A DNA stretch of 64,000 nt from a virus: IMG/VR virus record IMGVR_UViG_3300042894_005670. One strand, given 5' to 3'. Of this stretch, positions 9,696 through 18,028 are shown one piece after another. The position numbers were made by a program, and so were the translations under genes. Each line of letters opens with the position of its first letter. The stretch's first letter is position 1. The notes below the pieces were generated by a model. It saw only the letters and a program-made list of their open reading frames with translations, did no database searches and was not told the origin of the DNA.

Positions 9696-10136
9696 TTACC
9701 ACATGGTTAAGGCTTTGTCAAGAATTTTTTTCAGTATGGTAGATAAACGACATTGTACGTCTACTTCCCAAGGCAGTTTACTATATTGTTCATAAGGTAA
9801 GCTTTCAGGATCAGCTTTTAAATAAAAGTTTTTTTGCCATATGTGCCACCCATCTTTGGTTATTTCTAATACCCCTGTATATCGTTGATTAATGTGTATT
9901 AACTCATGTGTAAGTATTAATGGTATTTGTTTAACAGGTAAATCATAATTCAATACTAAACGGTTAATTTTTTTACGATCAATACCACCATAGGTTGACT
10001 TTGCAAGCTTGTACAAACATATATCAATGGTATTAGGTAGTTCTAAAATATCTGTTGCATGAGTACAGATATTTTTTATTATGATTTCGCTTTGAGGTAA
10101 TGAATTTAAATTTTTATAAAAAAAATTTACTTGCAT
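9696..10136 (-). CDS. Zincin-like metallopeptidase
   Basis: LTHELIHINQ (HExxH) and downstream PWE. Confidence 0.7.
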   Translation of the reverse strand: MQVNFFYKNLNSLPQSEIIIKNICTHATDILELPNTIDICLYKLAKSTYGGIDRKKINRLVLNYDLPVKQIPLILTHELIHINQRYTGVLEITKDGWHIWQKNFYLKADPESLPYEQYSKLPWEVDVQCRLSTILKKILDKALTMW

Positions 10137-10420
10137 TAATGAACTGTGTCGTTATAGTTCATATCATAATATTGATCAGTTAGTTCTCTTAACTCCTCAA
10201 TACTATAACCTATTTCTTTCATTTTACCTATTAAACGAGTGAATAATACAAAAGTGGCGCACCCTGCTATATATTCTTCATCATCACCTTCTGATTCAAA
10301 ATCATCAAGTTGCGGTATTAATTCTTCGACAACAAACTCATAAGCTACTTCGGTGGAAATGTCAATCAACTTTTGAGATACTTCAATTAATTCTTCTTTG
10401 TCTACTTTTTCCATGACCAT
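10136..10420 (-). CDS. Acidic hypothetical protein
   Basis: ORF with GGAG SD. Confidence 0.6.
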   Translation of the reverse strand: MVMEKVDKEELIEVSQKLIDISTEVAYEFVVEELIPQLDDFESEGDDEEYIAGCATFVLFTRLIGKMKEIGYSIEELRELTDQYYDMNYNDTVH

Positions 10421-10470
10421 CTCCTTCTTAATTATTTATTCTAGGATAGGAAGCCATCTCTAGCAATTTA

Positions 10471-10905
10471 TTAAGTAGTATATTCGTAATTAATAGTATC
10501 AGTATTTTCACGCAAAACAATAGCTCCATTTTTTAAATGAAACTTACGAGCCATTTCAGTCTTAGGGCTTAAGGTAACAAAACGATTGACTGAGGGAAAA
10601 TTTTCTTTAATTTGTGGTACAGCTTTACGCAATAAGTTTGCTCCACTACCTGCTTTATAACTCCATATTGTGTAAAACACAGCAGTAGTAGGTTGTGAAC
10701 TAGTGATATCTAAATCTTTTACTTCAGCAGGTACAAAATCATGAAACGATATACAAACAATTGCTGAAGGTTGTTCATCATCAATTGTAGCGGCAATTAT
10801 TCTATTTGGTGCTACACGATAAGCAATAGGTATCTCAGGACGAACAGGATCATCCTTTATAAAGCTTAATAAACTATCAGTCATGTCTGTTATAAAACGC
10901 ATCAT
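10471..10905 (-). CDS. GNAT-fold protein resembling the malonyl-CoA decarboxylase C-terminal domain
   Basis: TAVFYTIWSY..G.G..L...FVTLSP. Confidence 0.5.
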   Translation of the reverse strand: MMRFITDMTDSLLSFIKDDPVRPEIPIAYRVAPNRIIAATIDDEQPSAIVCISFHDFVPAEVKDLDITSSQPTTAVFYTIWSYKAGSGANLLRKAVPQIKENFPSVNRFVTLSPKTEMARKFHLKNGAIVLRENTDTINYEYTT

Positions 10906-10949
10906 AATATCCGTATTTATTAAATAATTTTAAAAGTATACTTTAATAC

Positions 10950-10984
10950 AAAAAAAAATGCAAGTACTATTGCTAGTACTTGCA
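10950..10984 (-). terminator. Intrinsic terminator after the DUF2828 gene
   Basis: TGCAAGTACTA-GCAA-TAGTACTTGCA plus T9 on the minus strand. Confidence 0.85.
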
Positions 10985-11008
10985 ACATCTCTAAATCAAC
11001 TTTTTTAT

Positions 11009-12391
11009 TTACAATATGTTGTATCGCTCAACGTTCACAGTGTCAAGCATAATACTTAACGGTGTGAAATCTCTTGCTCCTAAGATAGACTTCATGATAG
11101 ATGGTGAAAAACCACTTACCAATGCTGTACCTTGTGTATTAAACTTTACAGGAACATTGTCATGTGAGTTTAAATTCCAAAATACAATCTTAGGCACATC
11201 ATAACCTGCATCAGCATACTTCTTACCAATTGCTTTATATGCGGTATCATCAGCACGTACTGCTTGATTAAACTGCATATCAGAAAGAATCAATAAAAAC
11301 TTAGGCATATCTGCTTCAGGTACTTTATTGATAAGTGCTACAATTAGAATAGCATCAAATGCTGCCATGAGATTAGTTGACATTGACCAATCAGCACGAT
11401 TCATTTGATTCATTTTATCAACAATATTACCTTTTAATATTTCAATCTTGGTGTTTGTAGAAAATGTTAAAAACATATCCTTAAACGCACCACGATTTTT
11501 GTCAGCACAATATAATCCTAAAGCCACTGCAACATTTAAGCAAGTTAAGTTTTTAGCTCCACCTACAGAGCAACCCATTGACCCACTTACATCAACCATA
11601 GGCAACACATTAGCATCACTCATATAGTTAGGTAGTGCATCCCACTGTGCAATGCTCACATCAATAATACCACTTGATAAAGACTTAATTATGTCATGTG
11701 GGTATATGGCTGAAGCATTAATTTTAGTGGTTCCGCTAACTAACCCATCACGATACTCTTTGTAGCGATCATGGTCATTACGATCAAATGCTTTTTTGTA
11801 AATAGATGCAGCAATTGATGGTACATGTGAGTAATTTATTTTATCCCATTCTTTAGCGCACATATTAGTTTCAACAACTTTAGTTGCATTAACTAATAGC
11901 TTACGATATGTTTTAGGTGACAACCCCATAAAATTACGCAACTCTGCGGCAATTTGCCCTTTACGTGGCATCCACTTTGCACATAGTCCATCATTGTTTA
12001 ATAACGCTTCACGAATTGATGTATAAGCAAAGTTTCTCATGGTGCGTGTTGAAAAAATTAACATATCGTCCCAACGCCCAAAAGTAGGGATATGTGGGAT
12101 TACACGTACTAACATACTAGGATGGTTTATTTCCATGTATAAAAGTAAGTCACGTACTAATTGACGTTCACCTGCTCCACCACGCACATCACGTGCCCAT
12201 AGCAAAATTTTTGTAGCAATTTCAGGAGATTCTTGAAACGCTTTTTCAAATAGTGCGCTTATATCTTTACCACGTGATGCTCCAATTTTAAAGAATAAGT
12301 CTACAAGAGCATCACCTGTTCCATTAAACGCAGCCATACCATTTGTCGTAGTAGTATCAACTTCAGTTTCTACTGCTGTTTTAAATTCCAT
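11009..12391 (-). CDS. DUF2828-type helical + vWA protein (putative TROVE/Ro60-like RNA-binding protein)
   Basis: TTNG..A, RDVRGGAGER, GRWDD, AKWMPR, vWA MIDAS DVSGSM, LSDMQF, IVFWNL, VSGFSPS. Confidence 0.8.
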   Translation of the reverse strand: MEFKTAVETEVDTTTTNGMAAFNGTGDALVDLFFKIGASRGKDISALFEKAFQESPEIATKILLWARDVRGGAGERQLVRDLLLYMEINHPSMLVRVIPHIPTFGRWDDMLIFSTRTMRNFAYTSIREALLNNDGLCAKWMPRKGQIAAELRNFMGLSPKTYRKLLVNATKVVETNMCAKEWDKINYSHVPSIAASIYKKAFDRNDHDRYKEYRDGLVSGTTKINASAIYPHDIIKSLSSGIIDVSIAQWDALPNYMSDANVLPMVDVSGSMGCSVGGAKNLTCLNVAVALGLYCADKNRGAFKDMFLTFSTNTKIEILKGNIVDKMNQMNRADWSMSTNLMAAFDAILIVALINKVPEADMPKFLLILSDMQFNQAVRADDTAYKAIGKKYADAGYDVPKIVFWNLNSHDNVPVKFNTQGTALVSGFSPSIMKSILGARDFTPLSIMLDTVNVERYNIL

Positions 12392-12405
12392 TTTAATTTT
12401 CCTTT

Positions 12406-12462
12406 ACAGAATGCATTTATTTCAATTTTCAAGTTTGATTTTTTTAGTTGCTGTTAGCATTC
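12406..12462 (-). ncRNA. Short stem/ACAGCAA-bulge RNA element (copy A)
   Basis: GAAUGC-UAACAGCAA...GCAUUC-UGU enclosing a UCAA-ACUUGAAAA-UUGA hairpin; abuts the SD of the DUF2828 gene. Confidence 0.65.
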
Positions 12463-12470
12463 AAAAACTA

Positions 12471-12636
12471 ACAGGATGGTCGATACGGTAATTTATTTTC
12501 TGCTTGCCCACTACCACAAGGGACTTTGTATCACAAGCCTATCATAGATCTCGCCTATGCCCAAAGTTGGCTTACCCCAACAGGCTGACTGATTACTCAA
12601 TCTTTAGTCATGTAAAAAAGTTGCTGTATCCATCCT
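12471..12636 (-). ncRNA. Multi-hairpin stem/ACAGCAA-bulge RNA element (copy B, Y RNA-like candidate)
   Basis: AGGAUGG-AUACAGCAA...CCAUCCU-GU with internal helices UGACU/AGUCA, GCCUGU/AUAGGC, GUUGG/CCAAC, CAUAG/CUAUG. Confidence 0.7.
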
Positions 12637-12646
12637 TAATGTGTGT

Positions 12647-12675
12647 ATAGTATATAAAAACTTATTTACTGTCAA
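12647..12675 (-). promoter_or_regulatory. sigma70-type promoter for RNA elements B, A and DUF2828
   Basis: TTGACA-N17-TACTAT; predicted start a few nt before element B. Confidence 0.7.
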
Positions 12676-12850
12676 CACGTTTTTTATCTAAATTTGTTAC
12701 GTTCATCCATACTTTTCTTCCGTTTTCAGGTTTATACACTTCAACAAACATCGTACCATCAATATTTTTTTGATTGGTAAAATCTTCACAAAGCCATTCT
12801 TCCTTAGTTCTGCGATTGATAAGTTTTAATGATTTAGATTTTTTGCTCAT
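12662..12850 (-). CDS. Small hypothetical protein
   Basis: ORF with GGAGAGG SD before MSKKSK. Confidence 0.6.
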   Translation of the reverse strand: MSKKSKSLKLINRRTKEEWLCEDFTNQKNIDGTMFVEVYKPENGRKVWMNVTNLDKKRVDSK

Positions 12851-12882
12851 GATCCTCTCCAAAAAGGAGAGGATAACCTCTC

Positions 12883-13365
12883 CTATGCTACTTTACGATG
12901 ACCTACAATTTCCTTGTAACGGTCAGCCGCAGTTGATGCTGCAAAAGCATGTGGTTTTACCATAGGTATAACATTACATGTACCACGAATATAACCTACT
13001 GCTTCTTGTATTGCAATACTGCTGTTATGTTTTTCATCAGGATTAATATCCAAATGTACCTCAATATCAAATTCAACATAAGGTGCAAGTTTTAGATATA
13101 AATCCGCAACCTTGTATGCTTCATTAACTAAACGCATACGTGGCTTATTTGCTTTTTGGTCGAAGTCACGTTCACGTTGTACTGCGCCAAAAATTTTACA
13201 TCCATGTTTACCATCAATATGTACTACTACTGCTAAAATATAGTCAGCGTACCAAACATTATCTATCCTCATACGCTCACTATCGCAACCGATGTATAGT
13301 TTAGTGTTAGGGCCACATTTCTGAAGGAATTCTAGTACTTCTAAAACATCGATTTCTTTTTTCAT
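12883..13365 (-). CDS. RNase H-like YkuK (DUF458) family protein
   Basis: YIGCDS...RL..E....D....EVHLDIN...KP.AFAASTAAD. Confidence 0.85.
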   Translation of the reverse strand: MKKEIDVLEVLEFLQKCGPNTKLYIGCDSERMRIDNVWYADYILAVVVHIDGKHGCKIFGAVQRERDFDQKANKPRMRLVNEAYKVADLYLKLAPYVEFDIEVHLDINPDEKHNSSIAIQEAVGYIRGTCNVIPMVKPHAFAASTAADRYKEIVGHRKVA

Positions 13366-13368
13366 GTT

Positions 13369-13641
13369 TCACCTCAATTTATGTTTTTTTACTCTAGATT
13401 TAATTTTCATAAGGTATTTTTTATCAATAATACCTTCTTCAATTTCACGTAATGCTTGAGATGTTTTTGTCTCATTTTTACGACTAAAAACAGCACGATT
13501 TAATCGTACTGATTCACGTGCTGAAATTTCATCTGCTGCTTTGCGCTCTGCACTTAATTCACGTACACGTTGGGCAGCAATTAACGTAGCCTCAAACAAA
13601 TTACCTGTTTTACTATATATTTTTTGTATATCTGTGTTCAT
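13369..13641 (-). CDS. RNA polymerase omega subunit-like protein
   Basis: GNLFEATLIAAQRVREL and SQALREIEEG match the two conserved RpoZ blocks. Confidence 0.7.
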   Translation of the reverse strand: MNTDIQKIYSKTGNLFEATLIAAQRVRELSAERKAADEISARESVRLNRAVFSRKNETKTSQALREIEEGIIDKKYLMKIKSRVKKHKLR

Positions 13642-13660
13642 ATTACCTTTTCTTATAGTT

Positions 13661-13736
13661 TGGAGCGGATGGTGGGAGTCGAACCCATCTATTGAGGTTT
13701 GGAAGACCGCCGTGTAACCACAAACACTTCACCCGC
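13661..13736 (-). tRNA. tRNA-Gly(TCC)
   Basis: Cloverleaf, loop CTTCCAA, TTCGA T-loop, encoded CCA. Confidence 0.9.
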
Positions 13737-13741
13737 ATATT

Positions 13742-13816
13742 TGGTAGCGGGAGATGGAATTGCACCACCGATCTTCAGCTTATGAGACTGACGAGTTTCT
13801 ACTTCTCTATCCCGCA
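13742..13816 (-). tRNA. tRNA-Met(CAT), initiator-like
   Basis: Loop CTCATAA, unpaired U1:U72, atypical T-loop TGCAATT, CCA. Confidence 0.8.
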
Positions 13817-13834
13817 ATTGTACTTTTATTTAGT

Positions 13835-13924
13835 TGGTGCGAATGGTCGGAGTCGAACCGACATGCCCCTTTCGGAAGCGAGGGATTTTAAGTCCCTTGT
13901 GTCTACCTATTTCACCACACTCGC
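13835..13924 (-). tRNA. tRNA-Leu(TAA)
   Basis: Loop CTTAAAA, long variable arm, CCA. Confidence 0.93.
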
Positions 13925-13950
13925 ATTACTTTACTACTTATAATTTAATT

Positions 13951-14340
13951 TTAACCTACTTCAATTTCTGTGTTTACCATAGCATTTTTAGCTTGTCTAA
14001 GAACACCAATTAAAGTTTCTACATCACCATCAATAAATGCAATATCTGCATCTTCAGTCAATAATTTAACAGCTACATATTGATTGGTGCAGTAATTTTG
14101 TAAGACAAAAATCGCACGTTTAATATCTTTTTGTGCATCAAACATATCATCAGGATCATTTCCAACCATGTGCATCACGTTAACAATCATACTTCTTGCA
14201 ATTTGCTCAGGGTTACACCCTTCATAAATCATTGAAGTTTCAATTGCGTCACATAATGCTTTAATAGTCATTCCATAGGTTTTAATCTCAGCTTTTTCCG
14301 TAACAGTTAAAGTTGTATACATTTCAGAAGTTGGCTTCAT
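13951..14340 (-). CDS. Early hypothetical protein
   Basis: AGGAG SD before MKPTSE; own promoter. Confidence 0.65.
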   Translation of the reverse strand: MKPTSEMYTTLTVTEKAEIKTYGMTIKALCDAIETSMIYEGCNPEQIARSMIVNVMHMVGNDPDDMFDAQKDIKRAIFVLQNYCTNQYVAVKLLTEDADIAFIDGDVETLIGVLRQAKNAMVNTEIEVG

Positions 14341-14367
14341 TAATTTCTCCTTTTTGACAATAAAGTA

Positions 14368-14396
14368 ATCATAACAAAAACTTAATATCTTGTCAA
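14368..14396 (-). promoter_or_regulatory. Early promoter
   Basis: TTGACA-N17-TATGAT. Confidence 0.75.
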
Positions 14397-14413
14397 ACAT
14401 TGTTGTCTCACTT

Positions 14414-14860
14414 TTACAAAATTTCTTTCTTTAACGTATTCCACTCAGTAAATTGTAAGTATTCATTCTGCAAGTTTTCAATTTGTTTAAGAATTTGTTT
14501 ACCTTTAAATTCTCTCCATTCAGATACTATAGTTTGAGTCTTTTCAGTGTTACTTACATCAGCTACAAAGCCATCTATGCTTTCATACTTTACTGCCTTT
14601 TTAATCCATGCATAATCAACTACCATGCTTTTTGAGTAATCAAAGCCCCAATGATCACTATCTACTTCAATACGAGCGTTAATTTCATCCTTGCGGGTAA
14701 AACTGTCAAAACCACCTAAACAACTCAATACCGTGTACTTGTCATTATTGATATCAACAATAATAAAGTACGGACTAAACAGTTCGTGCCAATAATCCCC
14801 TATTCGGGGATTGGCAAATGCTTTTTGATTTGCTTCTAAATATCTATCTACAATTTTCAT
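14414..14860 (-). CDS. Hypothetical protein
   Basis: 148-aa ORF. Confidence 0.6.
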   Translation of the reverse strand: MKIVDRYLEANQKAFANPRIGDYWHELFSPYFIIVDINNDKYTVLSCLGGFDSFTRKDEINARIEVDSDHWGFDYSKSMVVDYAWIKKAVKYESIDGFVADVSNTEKTQTIVSEWREFKGKQILKQIENLQNEYLQFTEWNTLKKEIL

Positions 14861-14863
14861 TAA

Positions 14864-15241
14864 TTAGTACTCACTTGGAACCATAATAACATAACGATTG
14901 CGACCTTGAACTTCAGTTAATACTGCATACAGTTTGCAAGTATCGTAGGGGAAATCTGTGTACTCAATACGCTTGGTAAAGCTTAGGTCATTACCATCAC
15001 TAAAAGTAATCGTAGCACTACCTGTACGTGTTTTCTTTAAGGTAACGACAACAAACGTGCTGAAGTTAATTTTTTTAGCATTACGTGCATTGCGTAGCGC
15101 AAAAGTAATTTCATCCATCAACCAAAATGCACCGCAATTTTCTGCAACGTGCATAGCACCGTCAGTGAGCAAATCACCAAGAAACAATTTGTGATAGGAA
15201 GTGGTTCCGATGAATTCGCTAGTATCAAGAGCAGTAGTCAT
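14864..15241 (-). CDS. DUF6876-like protein
   Basis: F.GT..Y..., LTDG...VAE..GAFWL.D.I, IEYTDFP, M.PSEY. Confidence 0.7.
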   Translation of the reverse strand: MTTALDTSEFIGTTSYHKLFLGDLLTDGAMHVAENCGAFWLMDEITFALRNARNAKKINFSTFVVVTLKKTRTGSATITFSDGNDLSFTKRIEYTDFPYDTCKLYAVLTEVQGRNRYVIMVPSEY

Positions 15242-15271
15242 TTCAGTTCCTTATTAATCAGTACAGAAACA

Positions 15272-15300
15272 ATTATATATAAATTAGGATAGCTTGTCAA
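15272..15300 (-). promoter_or_regulatory. Early promoter
   Basis: TTGACA-N17-TATAAT; spacer contains TATCCTAATT. Confidence 0.85.
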
Positions 15301-15304
15301 TAGG

Positions 15305-15499
15305 TTATTGAAACTCTAGCATATTTGCAACATCGTCACCGTAAAGGTAACTTAAAGTTTTCCAAACTGAATCCGTTACTGAGTTATACTCACGATAATT
15401 AACGTAGAAGTTTTTGAAAAAATTATCATCACCACGAGCTTCAGCATATCGCTCTGCTCGCTGTAAAAAATCAAAGGCTGATACTGAGCGTGAGTCCAT
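15305..15499 (-). CDS. Small hypothetical protein
   Basis: AGGAG SD. Confidence 0.65.
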   Translation of the reverse strand: MDSRSVSAFDFLQRAERYAEARGDDNFFKNFYVNYREYNSVTDSVWKTLSYLYGDDVANMLEFQ

Positions 15500-15508
15500 C
15501 TTATACTC

Positions 15509-15676
15509 CTAGTATGGCTTAACATTGCACAAATGCAACGGATCTTTGTTAGGTTCATTTACCCATATCGCACACTCAAAACCAAGTGCTTTCGCTTGGG
15601 CAATTGCTTCATCAGCAGTAGGAAACGTACCCTTGTTGATACCGAAATTAATCATGTGAACAGTATAGGTTGTCAT
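15509..15676 (-). CDS. Small hypothetical protein (55 aa, not in track)
   Basis: MTTYTVHMINFGINKGTF...CNVKPY; AAGGAG SD. Confidence 0.65.
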   Translation of the reverse strand: MTTYTVHMINFGINKGTFPTADEAIAQAKALGFECAIWVNEPNKDPLHLCNVKPY

Positions 15677-15707
15677 TTCTGCACTCCTTATTAACTCAAC
15701 AGAATCT

Positions 15708-15736
15708 ATTGTAAATCAATTAGGATAAATTGTCAA
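15708..15736 (-). promoter_or_regulatory. Early promoter
   Basis: TTGACA-N17-TACAAT; spacer contains TATCCTAATT. Confidence 0.85.
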
Positions 15737-15741
15737 CTACT

Positions 15742-15942
15742 TTATTCAAACCTACAATCAGCTTGTCTTTCATTTATAAACTTCCAATATTTTTTAAGTT
15801 CTTTTTTAGCTTTAGCTACTGTTTTTGCTTTTGTAAGAACTTCAATATAATCTTCCTCACTATAGGTTTCAACTACCCAATGACCACCTGCTTCGTAATG
15901 ATCTAGCGCAAACTGCTCAAGTTCTTTAATCTGTTCTTCCAT
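15742..15942 (-). CDS. Small hypothetical protein
   Basis: GAGG SD before MEEQIKE. Confidence 0.65.
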   Translation of the reverse strand: MEEQIKELEQFALDHYEAGGHWVVETYSEEDYIEVLTKAKTVAKAKKELKKYWKFINERQADCRFE

Positions 15943-15953
15943 GTCAACCTCGC

Positions 15954-16130
15954 TTAAATCGTAAAAGTAACTTTGCGGCGTGATGCAATATAAACATTGC
16001 AAGCTACCACCACTTGATTAGAATACAGTGTATGACCGTGTTTTTGTATATCATCAATAACGTCTAGCATACCTTTACCTAAAAAGTCACATTCTTTATG
16101 TAGGATTTTAATTGCAGTAGAGATTTCCAT
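15954..16130 (-). CDS. Small hypothetical protein (58 aa, not in track)
   Basis: MEISTAIKILHKECDFLG...; GGAG SD. Confidence 0.65.
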   Translation of the reverse strand: MEISTAIKILHKECDFLGKGMLDVIDDIQKHGHTLYSNQVVVACNVYIASRRKVTFTI

Positions 16131-16143
16131 CTGTTACTCCGTA

Positions 16144-16341
16144 TTAAACAAAGTAAAAGGTAAAACCGTAAGAACCGTCTTTTCCAAGCTTAGCTTTTAG
16201 ATTTAATTCAGTGGTCAACTTCTTAAAAATTTTTTTGGCTTGATATGGAGTACAAATTACAGACAAAACTCCACTTGAGTAAAAAAAGCAATCATCCGTT
16301 ATTTCAGAAACCTTTTTTAACACGGTTTTTTCAAAGTCCAT
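16144..16341 (-). CDS. Small hypothetical protein
   Basis: AAGGAG SD. Confidence 0.65.
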   Translation of the reverse strand: MDFEKTVLKKVSEITDDCFFYSSGVLSVICTPYQAKKIFKKLTTELNLKAKLGKDGSYGFTFYFV

Positions 16342-16371
16342 TTAAAACTCCTTGTTGTTTACTATAGAAGA

Positions 16372-16400
16372 ATTATATATCTAAATAAATTTCTTGTCAA
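16372..16400 (-). promoter_or_regulatory. Early promoter
   Basis: TTGACA-N17-TATAAT. Confidence 0.85.
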
Positions 16401-16646
16401 TTAGGCAGGAACACAAAACCAACCTTCACGCTCGATCTTGCGTTTAGCATTAATCATAGTTTGACGAAGTTTCGTAACTTCTTTAGTATGTGGAGCACTG
16501 ATACCACCCAATGCTTTTAGTTTAAGCAGAGCAGCATCACGCTTTTTATAAGTTGGCACAGCATCAATTGGAACAAGAAAATTTCTGTTAAACATTGGGC
16601 TAGTGTAAAGAACTTTTTCCATCATTTGCTCCGTTTTGTTTACCAT
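16401..16646 (-). CDS. Small hypothetical protein
   Basis: ORF starts 6 nt after a -10 box (leaderless), or at the downstream Met after GGAG. Confidence 0.6.
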   Translation of the reverse strand: MVNKTEQMMEKVLYTSPMFNRNFLVPIDAVPTYKKRDAALLKLKALGGISAPHTKEVTKLRQTMINAKRKIEREGWFCVPA

Positions 16647-16652
16647 TTAAGT

Positions 16653-16681
16653 ATTGTATATCTAAATTAATTTCTTGTCAA
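16653..16681 (-). promoter_or_regulatory. Early promoter
   Basis: TTGACA-N17-TACAAT. Confidence 0.85.
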
Positions 16682-17064
16682 GCAATATTTACTGCTTCAT
16701 CAATCCAATGTAGGCGTTTTTGAATTTCTTCTTGTTGTTTAAAATCATCAGAATTAGTCTCATCAAGACTATCGTACATTTCCATAAGAACCATACGCTC
16801 TTCCATCATGTTACCAACATCAGCACCAACGTATGGATTTGTTGTTTTTTTGACAAAAGTGGTTGGTTCTTTCCAAGAAATTTTGTTGAAGAACCAATCG
16901 GGCACAGTGACTTTTACAGCGTAGTCAGGTCCGATAAACTTGACTGAAGCAATAGAAGTAGGAATCCATGCTTCCTTGTTGGTACGGGTATCAAGGAATA
17001 AGATTGCTTTGGCAGTCTTGGCTTTTGAGGTACCAACTAGTGAGTAGAGAGCTACGGTTTTCAT
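16678..17064 (-). CDS. Hypothetical protein
   Basis: TAKAIL...WIP.S...VPDW motif; AAGGA SD. Confidence 0.65.
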   Translation of the reverse strand: MKTVALYSLVGTSKAKTAKAILFLDTRTNKEAWIPTSIASVKFIGPDYAVKVTVPDWFFNKISWKEPTTFVKKTTNPYVGADVGNMMEERMVLMEMYDSLDETNSDDFKQQEEIQKRLHWIDEAVNIA

Positions 17065-17094
17065 GATTAGTTCCTTATTAACTCAACAGAATCA

Positions 17095-17123
17095 ATTGTA
17101 TATTAATTAGGATATGTTGTCAA
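17095..17123 (-). promoter_or_regulatory. Early promoter
   Basis: TTGACA-N17-TACAAT; spacer contains TATCCTAATT. Confidence 0.85.
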
Positions 17124-17124
17124 G

Positions 17125-17328
17125 CTATTCTTCAGAAAACAATTCACTTAATTCTGCAGGTGTTGCACCTGTCAACAAAAACTCACGCTCATCAGCACTG
17201 AGGTTAGGGAAAGCGTGTTGTATTAATGCGTCACTATTCACCCAATCAGTAATCATAGCTTCAGTAATAGGCAGGTCCATAGTATTAACACACCCTGTAA
17301 TCAAACTAGTCCGAGAAATCAACGTCAT
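17125..17328 (-). CDS. Small conserved phage protein
   Basis: TG..NTMDLPIT...LIQ.AFPNLSADEREFL.TG motif; AGGAG SD. Confidence 0.7.
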   Translation of the reverse strand: MTLISRTSLITGCVNTMDLPITEAMITDWVNSDALIQHAFPNLSADEREFLLTGATPAELSELFSEE

Positions 17329-17360
17329 ATCAAATCTCCTAAATCAATTACCACCATCCA

Positions 17361-17389
17361 ATTATAAGACAGTCATACATTCATGTCAA
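17361..17389 (-). promoter_or_regulatory. Early promoter
   Basis: TTGACA-N17-TATAAT. Confidence 0.85.
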
Positions 17390-17428
17390 GTGCGTTGTCA
17401 TGATGACAATGTAGGTTGGCAACAACCC

Positions 17429-18010
17429 CTACATAATAGGGGCGTTGCCATTGCGAAAACCAACCGTACCCCCTTCATTGTTGATGCGTTTAATCACATC
17501 CTCAAATAAGATAGGGGCAAAGTCAGTTTGTTCTACGCAAACACAATGATATCTAACATCTACGATAGGTGAAGAACTTGCATGTTTGGTAATCATAACA
17601 CGGTTCGCATGCGTATGACCGTGTATGTTGGTACCAAAACGTGCAATACTATCTTCATGAATAGGAACGTGACTTAGAATCATGCCATTCATAACATGGT
17701 ATCCACGAATATCTCTAAAATGCTCTAAGTAATCTTGTAATTTAAAAATATCATGGTTACCACGTATAAGCACCTTATCGCCATTTAGTCTGCGTAGGAT
17801 ATTTAAGGCTTTTCTTTTGATTGCAACATCGCCCAAGTGATATATTTTATCTTTAGGTCTAACACGTTCATTCCATGCTTTGACCATAAACTCATCCATT
17901 TCTTCAGCACTGCTAAACGGTCTAAGTGGTGACCCATCTTCACGTTTAAAAACAGTGCAAGTTTTTTCGTGACCGAAATGTGTGTCACTTACTAGCCAAA
18001 CTGCAGGCAT
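17429..18010 (-). CDS. Calcineurin-like metallophosphoesterase
   Basis: SDTHFGH, HLGD, GNHD, SH.P, HGHTH. Confidence 0.9.
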   Translation of the reverse strand: MPAVWLVSDTHFGHEKTCTVFKREDGSPLRPFSSAEEMDEFMVKAWNERVRPKDKIYHLGDVAIKRKALNILRRLNGDKVLIRGNHDIFKLQDYLEHFRDIRGYHVMNGMILSHVPIHEDSIARFGTNIHGHTHANRVMITKHASSSPIVDVRYHCVCVEQTDFAPILFEDVIKRINNEGGTVGFRNGNAPIM

Positions 18011-18028
18011 TTTTTACTCCTTATGATT

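Noticed and set aside
13692-13943. Track ORFs overlapping tRNA genes (also 17980-18210, 19499-19720, 24062-24256, 24108-24293 and N-terminal extensions of 18992-19651, 20154-20792, 23602-24150)
   Set aside because: These are translations of tRNA sequence; better starts exist downstream of the tRNAs.
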